A DNA stretch of 62,922 nucleotides, filler included, from Folioceros fuciformis (lineage: Eukaryota), in the NCBI GenBank assembly GCA_049999805.1. It is 3 parts of 3 records of this genome, joined end to end, with 100 filler letters (N's around TTAATTAATTAA, not from the genome) between each part and the next. Parts side by side here need not be neighbours in the genome. Positions count along the whole stretch, not along the records: positions 48,767 to 62,922 come from JBNGIO010005941.1; 2 more parts are not named here. The stretch is one strand, 5' to 3'. The notes under the pieces were generated by a model, which had not been told where the DNA came from, made no database searches, and worked only from the letters and a program-made list of their open reading frames with translations. Position numbers and translations under genes: made by a program. Below are positions 49,897 to 62,922 of the stretch, piece after piece. Position 1 is the first letter of the stretch; the number at the start of each line of letters is the position of its first letter.

Positions 49897-52171
49897 CGGA
49901 TGTATCAGCCCACATATGTTCGCACTTGCTGTGTTACACCTTATTTCTCCTCTAACATTATTGAGACTCAGATTATGTAATTGGCGGTTTGTGGCAAAAA
50001 GCTTGGCTCAGCCGGTACTGCGTGTTCCAAGGTCTAGATCTATGGACAACCTGTGATATCCGCAAATGAGGGACCCTGGGGCGGGCCGACTTGCCAGTGC
50101 CTGATTGTTCACGTTGTTGCCTCACAAATAAATGGATTTATGGCTCATTCCCAAGGCCGTCTACACAGACACTGCCATCAGGGCCACGCTGCAGCTATTC
50201 CACCAACACTCTTAAAACCTGAAGCTCAAAATGTCGAATATGTTGCAAGTGAGGATGACTTTGAAACAGGAACTAACTGGAGCAGCCCTACGCGGGCTGA
50301 GGGAGGGGTTTTGGCATCTAGACCTAAGCTTGACTGCGGGATGAAGTAGCCAACTCCTGTCCACGAGCCCTTCTGTTTTCGTCGCAATTGTTGTCGCAAG
50401 CATTGCAATTGCCACCATGCCACACCCGGAATGACGGTCCGAGTAACCGATGGTGCGCACATGGTATACAAGCTTGAACACCAAGCATAATTATGGAGGG
50501 CGGAATTTGCATCCAGCGGCACGCAGGGAGTGAAGGGTCGCATTTGGACTGTGAGCACTACATTCTGCGTGGAGAGATCCTGTCTGTAATCACGTGACAA
50601 GGCCAGAGCCTGTTCATGCCCGTGTTTCACCCAAGTGAACTGAAACGGGAACACTACACGCTACACAGTTCAGGTTAATACGTGTCTCACCTGATTTTTA
50701 GTTGGTCCCATCAGCAGGGTGAACAGTGGAGGCGAGTAAATGCCTTTACCAGTAGCACCCGCCATAGACAGCACCTGAAGTTGCGCCTTCAGCTACCTGG
50801 TGTGGACAAGTGCCTTGTCGTGAAGCGTAGCTCCGCTGTGTGCTCGACACCTAAGGCGACCATGTGGAGCCTAAACAAGGATTTCATCTGCCATGGAAAA
50901 GTAGCGAATGGGACATGATGTTGTGAGGGCAGCGAAGCCAGGCTCTAGGAGGGACCAAAGAACGTTGGATAGGGCCATTGTCGTGGAATGCAGCTTCATC
51001 CAGCCCAGTGCTTTTGTTCCCTGTGTCGTGATGTTGTTGGGCTGGAAACGAGTCTCTTGGCAACAGCATCCACATCGTTCAAGCATCATGTAACAGAGCG
51101 TGCTGTAGTAGAGAATCCCACGACCCAGACGTTGCGGATGCAGGTCAGCCCAAGAGTGCCCAACCCAAACCTAGGATGCTACTCAGGAAAACAAGCACTT
51201 TAAATATGCAGCAGTGTAGAGCACAGTGGTGTGGGCCAAGCAGTCTTGCAAAATGTACGAGATCCTGGTCAGGCCTTGCTACTTCTCTTGTTCGTGTTTT
51301 CGTCTAACATCCTACATGATTGCACCACAACAAAACGGTGGCAGTGTCAGAAATAAACCAGCAGAGGCAAGAGGTCGTACATAGGCAACGGGTAGAAGGT
51401 GTAGACAACCGACACAATTGACACTTGAACAAGACAAGCTTGGGCAGCACATGTGTGCGGGCTCCACAAGGTGTGTGTGTACCAGTGCAGGAGGCCAAGC
51501 CTGAAGCTGGCATTGTTTTCTGGGGTCACTTCATCCTCACAGAGAAATGCATGAACGTCCGCCAGAAAGCTGGGGCTCTTCAAGTACCCGTTGGGCAACA
51601 GTCCGCATAGGGAGAGCATATACCTCCCAGGCCTCGCACTAGCGAAACTCTGATTAGAAAGCGTTCTTGGGACGGTGAAGACGACCAGTTTCCAACAGGA
51701 GACCGGTTATGGTCACCGGCAATCTCCAGTCTGCCCGTCTGCTGTCTTGGGTGTTTTGTGTTCAGATGCTGGACTGTGCCTGCAAGCCTTTCGACGGGAG
51801 GAGTGGCACATGTCGCGGAGTGCTCCATGGAGCTTGCACTTGGTGGGTTGTCACTGGGCACGATTGCTTCATCGTGCACCCTCTTCTGTGCAAGTCCTAG
51901 TGCTCTTGGTTGACCCGGTTCACCAAGACCAGGCTACCTTGTTACAGAAGACTGCTAATTAGAGGTTTACATCACCTCAACCTACTACCTTGTAGTAAGA
52001 TAAGCACAGGTCATTAGACGAACGAGCACTGCTACCAGTGTCATTATTGGGGGCCCTCTTAGATGATTGGACCTCTGCAATACAAAATTACATAGAATAC
52101 ATGTACAACTGCACCAGCAATAGCCTAGTGCAAGTGCCAGAAGCATACCAGTTTCTACTTTTGTTATAGAC

Positions 52172-55100
52172 TTATCTATCCGAGATGGTCTCATCAGACG
52201 AAACATCGTTATATGCTTCTCCATTCACCAATTCACCTCGAATGTCAGGATCTGATTGAGTCTCGCTTGAAGACTCGTCGCTGTCGCCTGCTGTCATGAC
52301 AGGCCCCGCGGTCTGTGTGTTAGCACCTCTAACCTTAATAGTGGAGTCCCTACTGTTACTAGTGGCAGCCTGGTTGGGACAGGCTGCTGCAGACCGGAGC
52401 CAAGGTGGAATAATCTCCACCTGATTCATCTGCTCAGGTCTACCAGCTCCCAATGCTGCTGACTCCGAGCTAATGCTCATCATGGTCTCCTGGATAGGTA
52501 ATTCCCGAACCACATGCTGCTCTGCATCAAGTTTCCCAACCTGATAGTCCCCCATTGCACAACTTGAGCTGAATGGATCTCTACCTTTCTGAAGTGCCAT
52601 GTTCACTTTCGCAAAAGCCTGTATAGCCCTTTGATCCTGTGATGCAGACAGGTCAAGAGAAGGCTCCAGCTTGAAGCAAGGAACCCTAGACTGTGCATAG
52701 CCACTGGCTGCATCTTCCAAAAATGTCCTCCGCTTCAAAAACTCTGAGATAGAGGAGGCCGTGCCGGGTTGACTCGGAGGAGAGGGCCGAAGGCTGAAAT
52801 CCAATGGTGGGACAGGAGGTGTTAGTGACAAATCACTGGAAACAGGCATTTTGGCTGAGGAGCCATCCGTGGGCAAAGGCAGCAAAGGAATAGTAGGCCC
52901 CATTCCTCCACCAGATCGGGAGAAAGTTAGGTCTAAGTGGAAGGGTCTAGTCATGTTAGGGGTGGAAGAGGGATAGCCTAAAGGGGTTTCACTCATTCCT
53001 TGATGAAGGTGAGGATTATCCCCAAAAGAATGATTCTGTGCTTCAGGAACACTCACACTACCACTCACATCGGTCACAACAGAAGGCCTTTTAGTTTGCT
53101 TTCGCCTTCTCTTCTTTCTTCCAGGCACTGCTGGTACCTCCAGTGGAGGTAAGGGGAGGGCTGGCGGGGGAAGGATAGGCTTACTGCCACCATGCAATGA
53201 AGCAACAGCGTTTGCGATGGCCGCTATGACAGGTGACAAAGCAGGAGGAGGCGGAGGCGGCCCTGAGGACTTGAAAGCATCCTTCAACCAATGGGGAAGG
53301 TTGCTAATACTCTTTGATGACGACTCCTTCCAAGGGGATGACTGTAACCCTTTCCCACTGGACATTTGCCTGGCCAACTTCTTATCGAAGAAACCATCAT
53401 TCATTCGAGACGACTTTCCACCCAGCATTCCAAACTGGGGTATTGATATAGGAGTCCTACCTTCTTGCGCTCTGCCTCCCAAGCCCAATACTGACCCCGG
53501 ATATTGGAGTGAAAAGGCATCAAGAGACCTCTGAGAAAGATTTTCAGGAATTGGCAAAGGTTGTCTCTGCAGTGGGGACATTCGCTGGGCCTGCTCCGAC
53601 AGACTCAAGGGCATCGGCTTCATCTCAGGTAATGCCTTCATCCCCTTGAAATCGATCTTCGACAGACCATCCAAAAGATTAGATGGTCTGGGTTCAAACT
53701 TGAGATGATCCATGGTACTGCACATTGGGAACAGCAAACTTGCATTTGCCGCAGTCTCCCCAACAAATGGTCCTTCAGGCGATTTCATACCTGAAAGATT
53801 GGACAACCCTGTTCCCGCTGACGCCGATGCTGACCTTAATTGAGACAGATCCGGTAACTTCTGAAAATCCACTGTTATCCCACTACTACTGACCTCTGGC
53901 AACCGTTTCTCATCTTCAGGCATCCCCAACCCTAGTGACGTGTTGAACTTCAGGGAGCCGAAAGACGGACTTATCTCGTGAGATTGCGAAGGCAAAGCCT
54001 GGTTAGGCCAGCGAGCCGAATCACGTCTGTCTAGCATGTTCTTTTCCTGCAAAAACTTTTCCACTGCAACCTCAGGTTTGTTTTTCCCACAAGTTGCCCT
54101 CAAAGCCTCCGAAAACAGAGCTGCAGAAGGGGAGCTTTCTCCAGCTCTGGTGGACAGGTGGATATCAGGTAACCTTCTCAGGGCGCCCTCAAGCACTCCT
54201 TGACCCCCAACAGCTGCACTTTTCTTCACAAGAGGTTCAACCTTCGACTGCTCATTCTGCTGCCACCTTTTCTCCAGATCCTTCGAAGTTCGAGAATCAT
54301 GGAAGTTCAATTTTGGGTCTGCAAGCATGTCTGCCCAGTTTTCCCCGTACCTCCGAACTCCACTCCATAACACATCCAGTTCTTCTTCTGTCCACGGTTC
54401 CTGTCGCTGTTCCCGGCGTCTGTTCTCCTCAACAGCCCTCGCTTTTCCATTAGCCAATGTTTCCAGAAATGCAAGAGATCGGGTGTTGTCAAGGATCTGC
54501 CTTGAAGAAGGCATGGGCAGGTGTCTGAAGTCTGCACTAAGGTCAGGTACAACAAACCCAGTCACATCTTTCAGAGGTCCAAGGCTAAAAGAACAGGATG
54601 AGGACCCATGTTTCCATATATCACCTTGCCCTTTCAGCGTAGATCCTGCAGCAGATGTTAAACCGTTGGCCCGAGTTTCCTGACTGCCCAACCCAATACG
54701 AAGATTTGGCACGACAGGCAGCTGGTTCCAGGGCCCTCGGTTTCTCTGGCCAGAATCGGGCAAATCTCCAGACTTCTCCTCACCAGGCAACCAGGATTTG
54801 CCGGAGTGCCTCTCCTGCCTACTTGAGAGCCCTGCTGTTTCATCTAAAGCCCGATGTACCCGTGACTCTGTGCCGCCGACCTCAGCAGAAAGCAAACCCT
54901 GCATGACAATCAGCTCAAAGAGTGCATGAGAAAGCCTTTCCAATCAGAAAATGCTTCGTAGAAGGTTTCAGACAAACACTTTCGGTACTGTAAACCTTGC
55001 AAACGGATGAAGAAAGAAGCCTACCCGACTGTTCAGACTCCAAGAATCGACGCTGTTCAACTTGTGTCCACCTTCTTGCTTCTCCAGATCAAGCTTAAAA

Positions 55101-58100
55101 GGTCTAGATGGTCCCCCTTCAAGAGCTTCTCCACTTTTGCTTGCACTCATGTATGCATTCCACGCAAAATTATGCTCATTGTGCTCGCCTAATTGTTGAA
55201 TTGATGCGATATTGGAATTAAATGCACTGCTGCCAAGCATTAGCAATTCACCAGGACTGTCAGATGACTGCTTCTTTCGCAGATCTTTTGCAGCTTGACG
55301 CAATTGGTTCTCAGGTCCTGACAACGCTAATAATCCAGTCGAAAAAACTGGCAGGGAGTCCTCTACCAAACCCTGCACATCAGTTCTGGAGTTTCTCCCA
55401 GGGAAACTAGAGCCATTCAGTCCTAGCTGTGGCCCGGGTAGGTCTGCAGACATATTGCCAGCTAACTGCAACCCTCCTGATTGGATTTCTGGCCGTGCAT
55501 CAGTTTCTGGTATCAAGCTGTTGCTACAAAGCTCTGCTGGCACGCCAGGAACAGTGTAGTATCTGTGGGGAAAAGATACATTGCCCTGAGTGTGTGTTTC
55601 CACATTTATTGGTGGCCAAAGCATCTGACTGCCGGTTTGGCCAGGCCCCCAATTGTTCCCTTGGCCCTGCGACTTGGAAGTATCTCTTTGTCCTTGACCC
55701 ATGTCACCGGCCTGGGCTGATGGATCGTCCATTCCATTAGAACACTTTACCCTGAGTAATGATTTATCCCCATCTGCCTTACCAGCAAGACGCATGGCTT
55801 CAGTATTAACATCCTCCCTGCTTTCCTTGCCCCGTAAGGCAATTCGTTCCTTTTGCCTGTCCCTGGCCTTCGCACTGCAAAAACAAGACAGCACAAAATT
55901 CTTGTCACTAAATGACAAAAGACCACAACTGAGATCCGAAAGGCAGCTACATGACATGACAAGGAATACAGGATATACAATTTAAGCTTCAAGGCTCGTC
56001 CTGCTGCAGTGTATCCAGACGACTCCTCTTCTTCCTCGCGAGCCTCCGACTACAACAAGATCATAAGTTGAGAGGAAAATCCCACTTAGTGTTGTAATTG
56101 GGAAAAGATACAATGACCCATGAACAAACGTTGTACCACACCCTGCCGTTACAATAGAGACAGGGCAAAACGTACAGACCTCACTAGATGTTGGAAGTGG
56201 CGACTTCAGTGCAACTCCTTCATTGTACGACACAATCTTCCTTTGACGTTTCCCTCTGCCAAGCATTGCCTCCTTTTGAGTCTGAAGCTTCTCCCACCTG
56301 AGGTCAGTGGGCAAGATACATGAGCAATCTAATTAAAAATAATAAACTAAGGCAGAACTTCATACAACATTGAGACAAATTCATTTTTAGGTGAAATCCT
56401 GTTCGAGATTACCTTTCCCGCAACAGCCTCTCCCAGTCATCATCCTCTTCACCTTTCCCCCCTCGCTCAATTACCGTACTCATATCTGTCTCTTTGCATG
56501 GGAGCTCCTCTGTATCCACCTCTTCAACTGCATCTTGATCATTCGATTCCCATGTCTGCACAGCCAAGACACTACACATAACTATACAGCAGACAGACAA
56601 CCTAGTCAGCACTACACCAACGGCATCGCGTAAGAAATATGCGAGCACTTGAGCCGAGGTATACCTTCACAGATCCAAGAATATCTCCGTCTTGCTCACC
56701 CTCAGCCTCCTCATGGTAGCTTGTTGACCGGTCTAGAAGCCGGGTGATTGCTGCCTCATCCCACACAATCTTACTCCGCCCAGGCTGCAGGCACTTGTCA
56801 CCATAATTATCGCCTAGGCCATTTACCTTTCTCTTCTGCTTTCCCTCAACTTCATCTGGCACATCTCCGTCTGAACCATCAAGAGGAATAGGAGCATCCT
56901 TGGACCCATCTGGACGCGAATCCTGGAATAGCTCCTCAGTACCCCAACGAAGAATATCCTCAACCTCCTTTTGAGATCCAGACTTGTTTGCAAAGAGATG
57001 GTCTAGCATGAGCTTCTTTTTGGCCAGTTGGAGAATGCGTTCCTCCACACTAGCCCGCACCATGAGTCTGTAAACCAACAGAACTTTGGACTGGCCAATT
57101 CGATGAGCACGATTCATAGCTTGAATATCTGCATGTGGGTTAAAGTCGGAGTCATAGATTATCACCGTGTCGGCTGTGGCAAGATTGATGCCTAAACCAC
57201 ATGACCGAGTAGATAACAGAAAGACAAACCGTGAAGTATCTTGATTGAACCGAGCAATCGCAGCCTGTCGATCTGCCAGTGGTACATTTCCTGACACCCG
57301 CTCATAAGAGTCACCACCATACTGGTACGTAAGATAATCTTCGAGAATATCCAACAGCTTAGCCATCTGAGAAAATATGAGGACTCGATGACCTTGCTCC
57401 TTGAGCTTTCCCAGCAGAGTGTGCAAAAGCTTCAGTTTTGCTGAGGCATTGATACGCATATCTTGCAAAAACTCCGGAGTGCCCTTTTCAGGTTCTGTAC
57501 CAGAGATGAGGTACGGATGATTGCATACCTTCCGAAGCTGCATAACAATGTTCAGCATAGACCGCTGTTGACCAGCCTTCACACCTTGCCTCAATAGCTG
57601 GTAATTCCTTGTCAACAGAGCCCGATAGTACTCTGCTTGAACAGAAGTTAGCTCCACCGGAACAAGTCTTTCCCTCTTTGGAGGGATATTCTGCATAGCA
57701 TCCTTCTTGAGCCTTCGTAGCATGTGAGGGGAGACAAGCTTCTTCAGCTCATCCACCTGCTCCATGGTACTGAGTGAGTTGAATTGCTCCTGAAATGCGG
57801 CAAGTGACCCCGGACACCGGTCTGGTTGCAAGAAGGCCAACAGATTGTACATTTCACCAAGATTGTTTTGAAGCGGTGTACCCGTTAAAAGCACCCTGTG
57901 TGCAAAGGAGTAGGTGTTGAGTAAAGTTGACAACTTGCTCTCTGAATTTTTCAATCTGTGACCCTCATCTACAACCAACGACTCCCAAGGAACTGCACGA
58001 AGCTGATTAGAATCACTGATCACCATCTCATACGTGGTGAGCATCACATTGAACTTGAAAGGCCGCTGCTTCTTCCCGTCGCTCTCACCTGCATACCACT

Positions 58101-61100
58101 CAAACTGGCGTATGGCAGCTCTAGCTTTGACCGTTCCATGATACTCTATCACATTCAATGAGGGAGCCCAAAGGGCAAACTCTGCCATCCAGTTTGGCAT
58201 CGTTGACAAGGGGACAAGGACAAGGCAGGGCATCCTCACTCCAAACTCATGATGTAATGTGGAGAGAAAGGCACATGCAGAGATTGTTTTACCTAAACCC
58301 ATCTCATCCGCCAAAATAACATTTTGCCGCCGCAACCAACACTTTCGCAGCCAGTTCAGTGCCTCCATCTGATGCGGAAACAGAGTACCGCCCTGCAACT
58401 CCTTAGGCTGCTCCGTGAGCGGTTCTACTGGCCCATTTTTGGCAAGATGCCCGGGATTGGGGAGACCTTCCGACTGGAGAGCTGCTGATTCAAATTTATC
58501 AAACTTTTCTATAAGTTCAGCATGCTTGCTGATGACCGGCTCATCAAGCCGTTCCCAGGTGCATTCCTCATACGACAGCCCCGTCCACTTCACGAGTACT
58601 CTGTCTGAGTTCCCAAGCTTCCTTCGGGATATGATTCGTTGAGGTTTGGACCACTGCTCATCCACAAGCATCATGGGAACCACACCAAACTTAAGCTTGT
58701 AGTTGTCAAGCTTGCGCTTGGCCAGTAGTAGCAAACTGTGTTCACTGATCCACTGATTATGGATATGAGCCTTCCCAGCCCACTTCACCAGAAATTCCAG
58801 GCTTGACTTCTCCAATGACTTGTCCGGTGGAACTCTACCTCCAGCAGCTGAGGCCTTTCCCCCCGGTGAAGGGGACTCTGATCTACATTCTGCAATACCA
58901 TCACATGACTCAGGCACAACACCCTCATCAAGCTTTGATGCAGAAGGCTTGTCCAGTGCATCTGACGCATTGGCAGCAGAGCTTTTTGCCACCTGCTGTG
59001 GTAAAACTGCAGATGACGGTTTGCACTTCAACGGTTCAGAATTAGAATTCTCTGGACAACCCTTTGAATCCAGCACCATTCCGTCAGTCAATGAGTCTAC
59101 TTCCATTGGAACAGGCATTTCCTCTTCATTTGAGTCTGGGTTTAAAGCTGGACTCCCGTTTTCGCTTCTGGCTGTAGATACCTCGCAGTTGTTTGGGATT
59201 CTGTTCACACTTAAACTTAATGCTGCATCCTCAGGATTTGAATAGGCATTCGATGCTGCAACCTCAGGGCTTGACCTGGCTCTTGATGCTGCAGCCTCAG
59301 GACTCAGCCTGGCCTTTGATGCTACAGCCTCGGAGCTTTTCCTGTCATCATCATTCTCTGTCTCCCTGTGGAGATCCTCTCTGCTCCTCACACAACTCAA
59401 GTCAGCATCAACACTCTTGTGTGGCTTAGAGTCAGATCCGGCCCCTTGGACTGCAGTGAGCACACTGTTATCAATGGGGTAGTTCGAGGTAGTTTCCGGG
59501 GCTGGACTGATTGCCCCTAATCTACATCCCAAAATTCGATCCACCTAGTCAAAGCACAAAAGTTAGAATTAACCTGAGCTAGAAAGCCATGCATTCAAAT
59601 GACCGATGTCCCAGACCAACATAACACTGACTTCCAGAACAGAGACATGGCAAATTGAGCTCCCACCTGTTTCTCATGTGGAGACAGAGGGAAAAAGTCC
59701 TCCATAAATTTCTTCCCAAACTTTCCACCTTTGCTTGCACCTTCCAGTCCACAGCCTTTACAGAAACCTGAAGTGCCTGGAAAATCTGAAGACAAATAAC
59801 CTGTCCCACATCCTGCACATCTTACATACACAGCGTTTCCTCTGTCCTCCTGCTTCTTCTTCTTGGGATTGTTAGAGTCCCCATCCTTCTTTTTCTTCTT
59901 AGGCTTGTCAACATGCAGGTTGCCTTCAGATTGACAATCTTTCTCTTTTCCCATTGTGTTCTTTGATTGCAACATGTCTGGCCCATGTTCCTTTTTCCTT
60001 TTTCGTTTTCTTACTTCATCTGCAGTCTCTGCCTCTTCGCTGTGATTCACTTTGCAGCCCGCCTGAGGTTCCAACTTTTTCTCACCAGGCAAATCGATAG
60101 TCTTACAAGGTTTGTGACCGTCTAGTTTCTGGTCCCCAGTTGCAGACGAAGTTCCAGACTCTCTATTCTCAACACATAAATGACATCTCCACTTTCCAGG
60201 AGGAGTTTCCTGTAAAAATATCAACATCACAAGGCATCTAGTCATGAAAAGGGAGCTATCTTAAGCGTACTGCATTGCAGTAAAAAATATGGCAAGACGA
60301 AAGCAACCCCCCACGGCTCATATAAGGCTCCCTGTGTCCGAGAAATTACCTTGAGAGGTGGGACAAGACAATCGAGATGATAAACACGAGGGCAGAAGTC
60401 GCAGCACAGTAGGTCTCCCCCAATCTCACAGATAACACACTCATAATAGTACTGCATACAGGAACAAACGTCAATTCTTCATGTGCTAGAACGAGGCTAC
60501 CAAAATCTCGAAAAACCACAGAATTATTACAGTACGGCATACAGGATCATATGTCAATTCTCTAAACTGGAAAGAGCACAGGATCATTACAGTACTGCTC
60601 ACCCCATCCGATCCTGTCTTCTTCTCTTGCTGTGCACTATCCTTGTTGATCACGGGGCTAGCATCCAGGTCACTTGACACTCTGTCATTCTCATCTACAT
60701 CCATAGACGCAGAGACTACTTTAATCTTCTTCTTGGGAACCGACTCCATGGATGCATCGTACAAGTCGTCAGATCCACTGTCCTCGAGGGTTTCAGAGTC
60801 CTCCGGTTTCTCCGACTTTCTCTTATGCCTGCTTGACTCATGCTCTTTAGAAGTGAGTGGCTTCTCAGCATCTTTGCCTGCACGGTGAAGTTTCAAACGC
60901 CTTCTATCGGGGCGGACAGGATGTTTTGCAACAGTCTTGTACAACCCACGAGATCGCATGGCATCCACACATCTGGCAGCCCGGCGAACACAAACCTTCC
61001 TCACTTCTCCCAACGCTGCTTCTAGCTCCTGTTGCTCTTCTGAGGTGATATCCTTCAATCAAATCATACAATGCCAGTATTGTCAGGACCACAGACCACT

Positions 61101-62922
61101 AACAATTTTGGAGCTGCAGTGCACTGCTGACTACAGTCATGAGAGCAAAGCAGAAAAGAGTGAAGGTGGCAAGATGGCTGCACAAACCTGTTTGAAGAAA
61201 GTGTCGAAATTTTCCTCATAATGGGCTAAGTTTTCAGACTTCATCCATACACTGCAAAGGCCCCAAACAAGCATGCGTTGGGTCGGAGAAGAAAAGAGAA
61301 CTTGTTGTGAAATATGACAGTTTGCACAGAACCGCGTGCCTATTGAGCTAAACAGAACAACGGAGCCAGCCACAGGGCAGGCTGGTTAAACACTCCTAGC
61401 CACACATCAGGAAAGGGAAAACAATAGCAGTTACAGCAGGTCAAGAATGGCAGAAAGAGATACTCACTACACGTAGTCGCTGAGTCCATAAAATTTCACA
61501 CAAATGTGATCCGCCTTTTTCGTCCTGGAGAAGAAACGCGGAGAAGAGGTATTAGCACACAAAAGACGAGGAAGAGCAGAGCAAAACAGAAGAGTAAAAT
61601 TGCATGCCAATGCGTACGGGAGGGACAGAGACACTACAAGTACTCACTTGACAACTTCCGGCGGCAGCTCGCTGGTAGTGGACACCTGGACAAGCATGGA
61701 GAAGTGAAAACCAGTTGGCTCAACCCTAAACTCAACACACAACGAGGCAAAGGGCAGGAAGGGGGAGGTACTGACCCTCGCAGGCCACCAAGGGTGTCCA
61801 TCAAGCTTTGCCCACACAAGCATCTGTGTCGAAAAGGACTTTTTTCTGGATTGGCCATCAGACGACACTGGGTGAAAAGCACCGGCAGCGGACATCCAGC
61901 GCTTAGAACCCCCGTCCTTGCGGGCACTGCGTTGCCTCTTCAAAAAGTCGGGGACAGAAGTGTCAGCATGAGGGGGATGGCGGCCGTTCCTGGGACCCTG
62001 TCGTTCATCTGTGAGACTGGAAATGGAGATGGAGGAAAACATGCGACGTTAGAGCTGTAGCTGCGTGTGGAGAAAACGATTCTGGACATGGAGTGCAGGT
62101 GCATACCCGCCATCGGAATGAGTGGTGGTGGTGGTGGTGGTGGTGGCAAGATCTTCGGAGCGAGTCCGAGCATCAGGAGCAGAAACGTCCCGAATTGGAG
62201 GCGGGGTGGGGCTGGCGCTGGCGCTGCGTACAGCTGGACCTGGCGGCGGAAAGAAGAGATCCATGTGAGCCACAACGTAATGTAGGACAGACCTGCGAAC
62301 CAAGTGAGGATGAAAGGGGAGGAGCGGCAAATCCGGCATGCACTACCAACCATTAGAGGTGGCCCGGTTCTTGACGCCGCCTTGATCGCCGGGGGAGAGG
62401 CGATGCGCAAACCTGAGAAGAATGCTGGATGTTGGTGCCCGCTTGTGACTACTCTTGCCATGTTGGACTTGGGGGTCCGTGTCCCTGGTGTCCCGGTCTC
62501 GCTCTCGCTCTCGCTCTTTGTCCCTCTCCCGCTCCCGGTCTCGGTCTCGCTCTTTGTCCCTCTCCCGCTCCCTGTCTCGCTCTCGGTCTCGTTCCCTGTC
62601 CCGGTCCTTGTCCTTGTGCTTGAGCTTAAGGGGCAGGAGCAGAGGAGCATGCGCATCTGGAGGGGAGGAGGTGGCAGCTGAGCAAGCTGATGGAGCGGAA
62701 GGCGAGGGTCGAGCAGGGGCAGGGGCGGCGGGGTTGCCGAGCTTGATTCGAAGGCGGACAGGCGGGTTAGTCCCCGTAGCTGTGCCTGAGCCTGTGCCTG
62801 CGCTTGTGCCAGTGCCTGCACCTGTGCCAGTGCCTGCACCTGTGCCAGTGCCTGCACCTGTGCCAGTGCCTGCACCTGTGCCAGTGCCTGCACCTGTGCC
62901 AGTGCCTGCACCTGTGCCAGTG
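52172..62922 (-). CDS. CHR4: CHD3-type chromatin remodeler CHR4/PKR1-like (PWWP-PHD-chromo-chromo-SNF2-helicase C-DUF1087-SANT); 5' end lies beyond the window
   Basis: [35 protein letters not shown]; chromo [16 protein letters not shown] and [95 protein letters not shown] motif; C-terminal SSDETISD typical of CHR4. Confidence 0.92.
62803..62922 (-). repeat. 18-bp coding minisatellite (GGTGCAGGCACTGGCACA)n encoding (GAGTGT)n peptide
   Basis: At least 6 perfect copies up to the window edge, in the reading frame that splices into the CHR4-like gene. Confidence 0.85.

Noticed and set aside
55875-55978. Possible U12 intron in CHR4 (GTATATCCTG donor)
   Set aside because: Does not match RTATCCTTT, has no TCCTTAAC branch site and has an ordinary polypyrimidine CAG acceptor.
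61940-62911. 323-aa ORF with QVQALA repeats
   Set aside because: Shadow frame; a different frame gives phase-consistent splicing into the PWWP exon.
35269-62922. Cluster of two SNF2 remodelers (CHR19 and CHR4)
   Set aside because: They belong to different subfamilies and are separated by an artificial contig linker, so linkage is unsupported.

Overview
Gene-dense eukaryotic nuclear DNA from a land plant with short (~90-200 nt) GT-AG introns. A compact bryophyte, possibly hornwort-like, genome is inferred but not proven. The window is three assembly pieces joined by artificial N44-TTAATTAATTAA-N44 linkers (23795-23894, 48667-48766), plus five ~100-N gaps. Genes recognised: a secreted LTP/8-cysteine-motif-like protein, a GDSL lipase, a GT31 galactosyltransferase, a probable plastid membrane protein, D27 beta-carotene isomerase, RAD51C, plant COX7a, UTP20, a gap-truncated RPS16, SEC13, ALG11, an At4g29420-like F-box/LRR gene, CHR19 (Fun30/SMARCAD1 type), tRNA-Ala(AGC), a BPP-family microtubule-associated protein, a small EF-hand protein and a CHR4/PKR1-type CHD remodeler. 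The most notable observation is that phase-consistent small exons splice a PWWP domain, and a long low-complexity N-terminus, onto the CHR4-type remodeler. Also notable are hidden terminal exons that give the BPP protein a CaaX prenylation motif, and a polarised tandem-repeat array abutting the tRNA terminator. No prokaryotic systems or CRISPR arrays are present.
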